The notes under the pieces are model-generated. The model made no database searches, had not been told where the DNA came from, and was given only the letters and a program-made list of their open reading frames with translations. Positions 27,551-34,517 of a DNA stretch of 34,517 bases are shown in pieces. Made by a program: the position numbers and the translations under genes. This DNA comes from Candidatus Heimdallarchaeota archaeon (lineage in GTDB: Archaea > Asgardarchaeota > Heimdallarchaeia > Heimdallarchaeales > Heimdallarchaeaceae). Each line of letters opens with the position of its first letter. Within the stretch, counting starts at the first letter, position 1. The DNA is taken from contig JAAFKI010000003.1 of assembly GCA_021399345.1 (NCBI GenBank), forward strand, positions 1 to 34,517, in the 5' to 3' direction.

Positions 27551-28771
27551 ATGGTCAAGAGAGTTATCAAAACCGCACCAGATTATTTGGCCCTAAACTT
27601 TTTTGAGTTTATAAGACATTTTGCTAATCTTCTTACATCTAAAAAATACAAACTTTGGATAGAATCCGATAAACACACTACAATTTTAGGTTATTCATGT
27701 AGAGCATTATTTGAAGTTTGTATGCAGTATTTTTATAAAGAAGATTTGGTAGTTGCAACAACTCCAATCCAGCACACATCATTTAGGAACATCATGGAAA
27801 AGTATGTTAAACCAGAAAATATTCACATTATTAAATTAAACAAAAACTACAATGGAATTAAAGAAATCCCCATATTAGATAACTGCGATTTAGTAGTAAT
27901 AACACACTATTTTGGACAGGATATGGATATATCTGTGCTATCAGAATTTAAGAAGAAACATAACTGTATTATTATAGAAGATAGAGTACAGGGAGGAACA
28001 CTTGATCTACTTTCAAGTCATGAAATTGTTGATATCCCAATATACTCAATGAGTATGGATAAAAGACCGATTGCTCTTGGGGGAGGATTTATGTATATTA
28101 ATAATCAATATGAGGGATTAATAGAAGGTACAAAAAAGATAATTGAAGCATTACCCATAGAAAAGACAGGTAAAAGATTTAAACAAATGTTGAAGAAGTT
28201 ACCCACTTTTCTATTTTATAATAGTCGTATCTTCTTAGCTTCATTTATTGATCTACTTCGAGTAGCAACTTTCTTCAACAGGAATATCAGTTTGCTGAGA
28301 TTTGCTAAAGCTTACAGAGCAAAAAACCCTGGATTTGATCGAGAAACCTTTTTGAGTAAACCTTCTCATGGTTTGCTAAAATCAATGTATCAGAATTTAG
28401 ACAACTATAAAAAAATGGAAAATTTGTTTGCTAAAAAATATGCTTATTTCATCGAATGTTTAGATCCTGAGATTATACCTTATTTCTTCCCTTGGTATAA
28501 AGGGAATAGCAGCTTATCATCCTACAATACTATACAAATTGAAGAACATCTGGTGGATCAGTTTCTAGAGTTCTTAACTGAATATGACATATCCTGTATA
28601 GCTAACCCCACTTACAAGGTGTTTAACCATTCTTATGAGAACAAAGAAGTAGATGTCAAATTTAATAATGGTATAGTATACATTCCATCAACTCCTAACA
28701 TGAAGAAAAGAGAAATGTGTTATCTAGCTGATAGGTTAAAAGAATTCTATGAAATAACCAAAAAAATGTAA
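27551..28771 (+). CDS. Fold-type I PLP-dependent enzyme, DegT/DnrJ/EryC1/StrS-like
   Basis: VVITHYFGQDMD, IIIEDRVQG (PLP Asp), YSMSMDKRPIALGGG (Schiff-base Lys). Confidence 0.82.
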   Translation: MVKRVIKTAPDYLALNFFEFIRHFANLLTSKKYKLWIESDKHTTILGYSCRALFEVCMQYFYKEDLVVATTPIQHTSFRNIMEKYVKPENIHIIKLNKNYNGIKEIPILDNCDLVVITHYFGQDMDISVLSEFKKKHNCIIIEDRVQGGTLDLLSSHEIVDIPIYSMSMDKRPIALGGGFMYINNQYEGLIEGTKKIIEALPIEKTGKRFKQMLKKLPTFLFYNSRIFLASFIDLLRVATFFNRNISLLRFAKAYRAKNPGFDRETFLSKPSHGLLKSMYQNLDNYKKMENLFAKKYAYFIECLDPEIIPYFFPWYKGNSSLSSYNTIQIEEHLVDQFLEFLTEYDISCIANPTYKVFNHSYENKEVDVKFNNGIVYIPSTPNMKKREMCYLADRLKEFYEITKKM

Positions 28772-28865
28772 TTTCTCTAGTGCATAAGACTAATAAAAAT
28801 AAATTAAAAAAAGAGATCCTCTAGTAAAAGAAATATTTTTCTATTTTAAAATAATCACTTATTCC

Positions 28866-29834
28866 TCAAGTTTGTTTAAACCAATCTAATGTCTCTTTGA
28901 TGGCTATTTTATGAACTGTATGTTCTGTTGTATTGAAAGCTGAAACGTATTTTGTTCCATCAATTATAAATGGATGTTTCCATTCATATGTTAATTCTTT
29001 AAGTTCCTTCACGATAGGTATGAATGGTGCTAGAATCTTAATTGTGCTTTCACTTAATACTTTCATATTTGGCTCCTGATTCAACTCTTGAAAAATCATA
29101 GTGATGAATTCTCGACCTGTGACTGATTCAGCTCCTTCGACATGAAATATTTGCCCATAAGAATTAGGATTTTCTGATGCCATTACCATTCCTTTTGCAG
29201 CATCAACTATATACATCAATGAATGTTTCTTATCTAAATCTACTAACCATGTTGCTGCTTTACCTTTAACTGGGTTTTCCAGAAGTGGTTTGGTAAATCC
29301 ATTAACAACATTAGGTCCATAAAAATCTCCAAAGCGTACGATGACTGCGTTTATATCACCTTTAGAATGAGCATCTAGTATTTGCTTTGCTAAACGTACT
29401 CGAAGCTTTCCCTTTTTACTCTCGGCATTTAGCGGATGCTCTTCAGATATCTTATCCCCTTGCATTTCACCATACATGTACAAATTATCTGCAAAGACTA
29501 GATTAGCTCCAACTTCCTTAACAGCTGCTAGAATGTTATTATTGATAATAGGGAATTCCTTTAACCATTTTGTATAAAGAACGTTAACGCAATGATAAAC
29601 TACATCTGCACCTTGAACTGCTGTTAAAGTTTGTTCCTGATCCATTAAATCAGCTTGTCTGATTTCAACATCAATATTTTGAAACATTTTCCTTGCTTTC
29701 TGAAGGTTTCTTGTTACCGCAATTACTGATCTTTCTCTCTTCACAAGTTCAAAAACTACTGCTGAGCCAAGCCCTCCTGTAGCTCCTAGTACAACAGCTT
29801 TTCCATCAATTTTCTTTTGGCTTTTATTATTCAT
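28866..29834 (-). CDS. Atypical SDR / NAD(P)-dependent epimerase family oxidoreductase
   Basis: VLGATGGLG, ADNLYMYG, KKGKLR, RFGDFYGP. Confidence 0.9.
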   Translation of the reverse strand: MNNKSQKKIDGKAVVLGATGGLGSAVVFELVKRERSVIAVTRNLQKARKMFQNIDVEIRQADLMDQEQTLTAVQGADVVYHCVNVLYTKWLKEFPIINNNILAAVKEVGANLVFADNLYMYGEMQGDKISEEHPLNAESKKGKLRVRLAKQILDAHSKGDINAVIVRFGDFYGPNVVNGFTKPLLENPVKGKAATWLVDLDKKHSLMYIVDAAKGMVMASENPNSYGQIFHVEGAESVTGREFITMIFQELNQEPNMKVLSESTIKILAPFIPIVKELKELTYEWKHPFIIDGTKYVSAFNTTEHTVHKIAIKETLDWFKQT

Positions 29835-29847
29835 CTCTTACACCTTT

Positions 29848-29916
29848 ACCGAACGATGTTCGATTATCTTTTTACCTCGACATATTTAAATATTCCTAAA
29901 CGAACAAAGTTCGGTT
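29848..29916. promoter_or_regulatory. Two TetR-type operators flanking a palindromic TATA element in the SDR/TetR divergent promoter
   Basis: CGAAC-GAT-GTTCG (29850-29862) and CGAAC-AAA-GTTCG (29901-29913), with ATATTTAAATAT (29882-29893) between them. Confidence 0.75.
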
Positions 29917-29953
29917 AAGTAAGGTTTATATTAGAGTCTAATAACAATCAATT

Positions 29954-30595
29954 ATGAGCAAGAATAAGAAGACTAGAGCGAGATCTACAGAAGCAAAGGA
30001 AAAGCAATTTCAGCGCATAATTAAGGCAGGTCGGGAACTTTTTCTGAAACATGGTCCTGAAGGTGTGAGTATGCGTAAGTTAGCAAATAAGCTGAATATG
30101 GGTCAAGCAAGTCTCTATACTTATATTTCTAGTAAAAGGGAGTTATGGTTCGCGATTCTAAGAAATGATTTTGGTAAATTTGAACTCGGAATGGCAAAAA
30201 TCATGCAAGACCATAAAGGAAATTACAAAGAACTTCTAGAGAAGATTGCTCTGTTTTATCTCGAGTTTGCAAGAGAAGATGAGAAACGTTACAAAATGAT
30301 GTTTCAAACTCAAGCACCTCAAGCAGAAAGAACAGGATTACTCGAACAACAATATGACTCTAAGTCTATCTATTATTTGAACGAAATCGTTCAGAAAGCT
30401 GTAGATGCGGGAGAAATAAAAGAGAAAGATGTTGGCAAATTGTCTTTCTTCATTTGGGGAATTGTTCATGGAACGGTGAGTGTTGTTCAAACTGAATTTT
30501 TTGGAGATCAAGAACAAATCCCAGAATACGGCAATATTGACGAATATCATCAGTTTGCATTAGAATACATAAAAAAATTGCTTAATGAAATGTAA
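29954..30595 (+). CDS. TetR/AcrR family transcriptional regulator
   Basis: IIKAGRELFLKHGPEGVSMRKLANKLNMGQASLYTYISSKREL HTH; C-terminal WGIVHG. Confidence 0.95.
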   Translation: MSKNKKTRARSTEAKEKQFQRIIKAGRELFLKHGPEGVSMRKLANKLNMGQASLYTYISSKRELWFAILRNDFGKFELGMAKIMQDHKGNYKELLEKIALFYLEFAREDEKRYKMMFQTQAPQAERTGLLEQQYDSKSIYYLNEIVQKAVDAGEIKEKDVGKLSFFIWGIVHGTVSVVQTEFFGDQEQIPEYGNIDEYHQFALEYIKKLLNEM

Positions 30596-30596
30596 T

Positions 30597-30618
30597 AGAA
30601 AAAGAAAGAGAGGAGAAG
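30597..30618 (-). terminator. Polypyrimidine (archaeal-type) terminator after the propeller gene
   Basis: Minus strand reads CTTCTCCTCTCTTTCTTTTTCT right after TAA. Similar tracts follow the stops at 109, 1354 and 19721. Confidence 0.45.
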
Positions 30619-32385
30619 TTATTTTTTACCAGTCTTTGGACTTCTTATTTTGGGTCCAGTTTTTACAAAAACAACAACAATTGTAGTTATTAGAAGCTGA
30701 ACTCCACCTATGATAGCAGCTAAAACCAGAATTTCGCCAATTCTTAACGATTTGAAGAAACCTGGTGATATTTCATCTTCAAGAACCTGAATAGATTCAA
30801 TATTTGATAAGCTACTTTGACCATAATTGTTGCTGGCAAGTACTGTATAGAAATAAGTTCCAGCAGCAGTAATGTCATCTATATACGAAATAGAAGAAAC
30901 AGTAGCTAAGGGAGTTAGACCAGAAATAGTGGAAATATAGGAAATATCACGATAGATCTGATAGCTCACAGCACCACTTTCTTCAGTCCAACTAAGGCTA
31001 ATATTCCCAAGTTGAGCTGGATTGGGAACAATATTGTTAAGAGTTGGTGTTTCAGGACTTCCTACAAATTTTCTATACATAATATCTGGACCAGCACCAG
31101 CTCCTAGTATATCCGTCCAATCGCTCCATGTCACATGTAAATGACCTAGAGTATCAATTGCTAAAGCAGGGGTATTAGAATCAGCTCCATGGTCATAAGT
31201 TAGAACTCCAAGAGATGACCATGAATCGGTAGTTAGATCCTTATATTTGAAGAAGATGTCTGCATCAACTCCCGCTCCTGAATACTCAGTCCGGTCTTCC
31301 CAAACTAGATAGAGATGAGAATCATCAGATACCATTCTCAATTCAGTCGATGGTGAATCACTTTCAGTACTGACAACTTTAGAAATATGCCAAGTATCAA
31401 ATTGGGGATTATAATATTTGTAAAATACATCCCAGTCGGTACTAGCATTATCATAATTAGATTTGTCAACCCAAGATATATGAATTCTATCCGAATCATC
31501 AACGGATATATTAGGAATTCCAGAAACATCATCACTTTCTGTACTTATAACTGTATATGGAGACCATGTTGTCAAATCTTCATCCAAAGTCCTGAAAAAA
31601 ACGTCGAGATCGACACCTGAACCTCCGTAGTTGGTTTCATCCGTCCATATAAAATAAATATTACCCGTTGCATCACTATCAATACGTGGAGTATATGCTG
31701 TAAGTGTGCTGTATTCTGAGACTATAAAGGTAGAACTCCAAATTCCAGCAGAGGTTCTTCGTTTATAAAGGACATCCCATCCGTCAGTGTCATCACTCCA
31801 AACAATATGTGCTATATCTTTTGCATCCACGTGTATTACAGGACGATCTACTCCCAGAGTGCTATCAGAGGAGACTAGTTCTGTTGTGCTCCAGATTCCT
31901 GAAGAAGATCGCTGTTTGTAGAATACATCTTCATCAGCATCAGATTCTAGTATATTTGTATAATCACTCCATGTAACATGGATGTTATTTTCTGAATCGA
32001 TAGCTATTGTAGCTGAGTCTGACCCACTTGTACTCTCGGTAGAAACTACTTCTAGAGGTAACCAAATTTTTGTTTGAGCATCGTATTGGACATAAAAAAC
32101 ATCTCTATCGTTCCCAGAACCTCCAAGATCAGGTGTTACATCGTCCCAGATGAGATGGATGTTATTTTCACTGTCGCAAGCAATAGCAGGATGATACGCA
32201 CTTACTGTGCTGCTTTCTGAAATTAGTTCTACAGGAGTCCACCACCAAGAAGAAAAATCATTTAGATCAATGTCATCATTTAAAATAATACTATTAGATG
32301 TGGAATTAACATTCATTGAAGTGGGTAAGAATCCTACTATGAGAACTAGAAAATTAATAAGAAATAGAATTTTTATTACTTTCAT
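30619..32385 (-). CDS. Cell-surface protein: signal peptide, 7-bladed beta-propeller, fibronectin type III-like domain, C-terminal TM anchor
   Basis: Seven ~57-aa repeats W..xxvvSteS...s..P.I..D....iHv.W.D.t....sg.D.DvfY; FN3-like ISLSW...YQIYR...GTYFYTVLASN.YG.S..SN; SPGFF...TM...KK tail. Confidence 0.9.
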   Translation of the reverse strand: MKVIKILFLINFLVLIVGFLPTSMNVNSTSNSIILNDDIDLNDFSSWWWTPVELISESSTVSAYHPAIACDSENNIHLIWDDVTPDLGGSGNDRDVFYVQYDAQTKIWLPLEVVSTESTSGSDSATIAIDSENNIHVTWSDYTNILESDADEDVFYKQRSSSGIWSTTELVSSDSTLGVDRPVIHVDAKDIAHIVWSDDTDGWDVLYKRRTSAGIWSSTFIVSEYSTLTAYTPRIDSDATGNIYFIWTDETNYGGSGVDLDVFFRTLDEDLTTWSPYTVISTESDDVSGIPNISVDDSDRIHISWVDKSNYDNASTDWDVFYKYYNPQFDTWHISKVVSTESDSPSTELRMVSDDSHLYLVWEDRTEYSGAGVDADIFFKYKDLTTDSWSSLGVLTYDHGADSNTPALAIDTLGHLHVTWSDWTDILGAGAGPDIMYRKFVGSPETPTLNNIVPNPAQLGNISLSWTEESGAVSYQIYRDISYISTISGLTPLATVSSISYIDDITAAGTYFYTVLASNNYGQSSLSNIESIQVLEDEISPGFFKSLRIGEILVLAAIIGGVQLLITTIVVVFVKTGPKIRSPKTGKK

Positions 32386-32559
32386 GATATTACAACCAAT
32401 TCCTACATTACGAAGAATATGCTAAAAACTTTCCTCACAAATATGCTAAAGTTACTTAACGGAGAGATGTCAGCTAGCTTCTTGCACTCTAAAATGCTCT
32501 TTGAAACCTATATCAAATCAATATATAGTTCCAATTGTAGATTTTAGGCATACATTTAC

Positions 32560-32662
32560 ACATTCCATCAACTCCTAACATGAAGAAAAGAGAAATGTGT
32601 TATCTAGCTGACAAGTTGAAAGAATTCTATGAAATGACCAAAAAAATGTACTATTTATAACT
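32560..32662 (+). pseudogene. Diverged copy of the 3' end of the DegT-like gene
   Basis: 32560-32650 matches 28680-28770 with 4 mismatches in 91 bp. The frame continues to MYYL* instead of M*. Confidence 0.92.
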
Positions 32663-32724
32663 CATTTCATCCAATTAATTTTTGCAGTTTGATCAAATCC
32701 CTTATGAAATTATCTGTTGACCAT

Positions 32725-33195
32725 CTATCGTTGAAATAAAGAAGCTAACTTATTTAATAATCTAAAAAACTCCATCTCTTCGTCATGGGAAAAATTTTTG
32801 AAAACCTTCTGCATTTCGAGAAAAATTCTTTCAGTCATTACTTCTAGCTTTTTCTTACCAATGTCACTAATCTTGATTAGGAATTTTCTCCTGTCTTCTT
32901 TATTTATTACCCTAATCACATAATTCCTATCTTCAAGTCGATTAATAATACCTGTTGTGGTGCTTGGTGCAATTGAAAAATGCTCAGATATCATTTTCAT
33001 GCCACTTCTTTCATGATCTAATACAAAGTTTAGAACTCTAAATTCAGGAAATGATAAATCCTCATCACCCAAAAAGATTCTATTTCTCGTAAATGTCTCA
33101 AAAAAATCATCTATCTTATACAAAAACCTTTGAATATAATCCGAGTCTTTTTGGTTGTTCCCTTCTTCAAATGAGTTCATCTTCATCAGCTTCAA
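32725..33195 (-). CDS. MarR family transcriptional regulator
   Basis: LSFPEFRVL...STTTGIINRLEDRNYVIRVINKEDRRKFLIKISDIG. Confidence 0.93.
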   Translation of the reverse strand: MKLMKMNSFEEGNNQKDSDYIQRFLYKIDDFFETFTRNRIFLGDEDLSFPEFRVLNFVLDHERSGMKMISEHFSIAPSTTTGIINRLEDRNYVIRVINKEDRRKFLIKISDIGKKKLEVMTERIFLEMQKVFKNFSHDEEMEFFRLLNKLASLFQR

Positions 33196-33238
33196 CTATG
33201 GTAATACAACACAATTACTTTTTTTAAGTCATTCGATT

Positions 33239-33293
33239 TATTTCGATAGAAATATAATACGTGAACAAAATATTTCGGCAACCGTAATATTTT
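33239..33293. promoter_or_regulatory. Putative MarR operators in the MarR/TauE divergent promoter
   Basis: AAAATATTTCGG-CAA-CCGTAATATTTT (33267-33293, 11/12 palindromic) and TATTTC-GATA-GAAATA (33239-33254). Confidence 0.65.
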
Positions 33294-33357
33294 AATAATT
33301 CATAAAAACTTATCTCTCTGGATTAGAAACAGACTCCAAAATAAGAGGCTAGAGAAA

Positions 33358-34299
33358 TTGGACTTTGTATCATTTATGATAATGGCAACAATTGGGTTAG
33401 GAACAGGAATTATAACAAGTTTCATTGGCGCAAGTGGAGTAGTTGTTGTTGTACCTCTTGTTTTATTGTTATTTGAGGTAGATGTGCATACTGCTTTAGG
33501 TATTAGTTTAATGGTTGATTTCATCGCTTCAATTGTTGTATCTTTCACTTACTATAGAAAAGGAAATGTTGAGTTTAAATCAGGTCTCTGGTTAGCGGTA
33601 GGAGCAGTAGCAGGTTCGCAATTAGGAGCTGTGTTAGTACAATCAATTTCGGGATCATTTTTAGGACCAGCATTTGGAATAGCAGCAATTATAATTGGTT
33701 TTATACTTGTTGCAAAGAATATTTTTTCACCAAAAGAAACTCAGGTGTTACCTGATAGAAAAAACAAAGGTCACCACTGGGCTGATGAAAATTATGATAA
33801 ATCTTTGCTTAAGTTATTACCAGAAAAAAATTCAATGGGGAGCTCAGAAGTAATTCATGTGACAGATAAAGTCGAGGGAGATCAGAATCTTTCAGTAAAT
33901 AAGAGATTTAAGAAAATGAAATCTCTTCAGTTCAAAAGAGGATGGGTTAAAATTATTTTTACAGTAACATTGGGTTTTGTATTAGGTGTTGGGAGTGGAA
34001 TCTTTGGTGCAGGTGGGGGGGCAATTATATTAGTGGTGTTAATTGTTGTTTTAGCTTTACCTCTCCACAAAGCAATAGGAACATCAACATTGATAATGGC
34101 TTTAACAGCTTTCAGTAGTTCAGTGGGTTTTGCTATCCAAGGAAGTATTAATTATGTAATGGGAGGGGTTATAGGTATCGGTGCAGTTATAGGTGGATAT
34201 TTCGGATCACTATTCGCAAACCATGTTAGCGAAAGAATCTTAATAATTTTTATTGGAATAATTGGTATGGTCTTAGGAATACTTATGTTATTGATTTAG
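33358..34299 (+). CDS. TauE/SafE (sulfite exporter, TSUP) family membrane protein
   Basis: Twofold repeat GASGVVVVVP...HTALGISL and GIFGAGGGAI...HKAIGTS; about 8 TM. Confidence 0.9.
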   Translation: MDFVSFMIMATIGLGTGIITSFIGASGVVVVVPLVLLLFEVDVHTALGISLMVDFIASIVVSFTYYRKGNVEFKSGLWLAVGAVAGSQLGAVLVQSISGSFLGPAFGIAAIIIGFILVAKNIFSPKETQVLPDRKNKGHHWADENYDKSLLKLLPEKNSMGSSEVIHVTDKVEGDQNLSVNKRFKKMKSLQFKRGWVKIIFTVTLGFVLGVGSGIFGAGGGAIILVVLIVVLALPLHKAIGTSTLIMALTAFSSSVGFAIQGSINYVMGGVIGIGAVIGGYFGSLFANHVSERILIIFIGIIGMVLGILMLLI

Positions 34300-34355
34300 A
34301 AGAAAAAAATCTGCTGTTAACTTCTATGTCGAGTCGGTGATACTACTTGTCCACC

Positions 34356-34517
34356 TATTATTTAAACGAAATCGTCCTAAAAGCAGTAGATGCAGGAGAT
34401 ACAAAAGAGAAAGATGCCGGTAAATTATCTTTCTTCATTTGGGGTATTGTTCATGGAACTGTGAGTGTTGTTCAAACAGAATTTGTTAGAAATCAAGAAA
34501 AAATCCCCAAATATAGC
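34356..34517 (+). pseudogene. 5'-truncated diverged copy of the TetR gene C-terminal domain, running off the window
   Basis: Aligns ungapped to 30371-30532 with 23 mismatches in 162 bp (44/54 aa identical, hand count). In-frame TGA at 34338 and no HTH upstream. Confidence 0.88.

Noticed and set aside
1354-28868. Selenocysteine or readthrough at TGA stops (1354, 3116, 7543, 16494, 25185, 28866)
   Set aside because: Each TGA falls at a natural-looking C-terminus, none sits at a catalytic Cys position, and I recognised no SECIS-like hairpin.
1856-33548. Short ORFs lying opposite or inside long genes (1856, 2612, 5754, 6392, 8723, 9019, 9483, 10769, 11626, 12985, 13519, 14334, 14784, 15384, 18268, 22956, 30338, 31338, 31387, 32207, 33300)
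   Set aside because: They overlap well-supported genes and show no motifs. Most are the typical antisense shadows of ABC and membrane genes.

Overview
AT-rich, gene-dense archaeal chromosomal window, most likely from an Asgard archaeon (Heimdallarchaeia-like). The assignment is an inference from a stand-alone longin-like protein, a TPR-longin fusion, C-terminally anchored surface proteins rich in N-glycosylation sequons, AGGTGA/GGAG Shine-Dalgarno motifs and polypyrimidine terminators. Contents, left to right: (i) a minus-strand unit with a giant 1439-aa FtsX/MacB-type permease carrying an extra N-terminal extracellular domain, a single-chain double ABC ATPase with an AbrB-like linker, and an anchored surface protein; (ii) an APH-like kinase; (iii) a tightly coupled five-gene operon (MacB/FtsX permease, LolD-type ATPase, PadR regulator with a ~90-aa insertion inside its HTH, heterodimeric ABC exporter) behind a palindromic operator; (iv) a tungsten-type aldehyde:ferredoxin oxidoreductase; (v) longin, nucleotidyltransferase, SDR, TPR-longin and DegT-like PLP enzyme genes, SDR/TetR and MarR/TauE divergent pairs with visible operators, and a 7-bladed beta-propeller+FN3 surface protein. 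The intergenic DNA holds five gene scars, four missing from the ORF track: an apparently internally deleted gene, a 5'-truncated propeller paralog, a frameshifted P-type ATPase fragment, and diverged copies of the 3' parts of the local DegT and TetR genes that bracket the MarR/TauE pair. No rRNA, tRNA, CRISPR array, transposase or integrase was recognised. All family calls come from motif recognition by eye, not from database searches.
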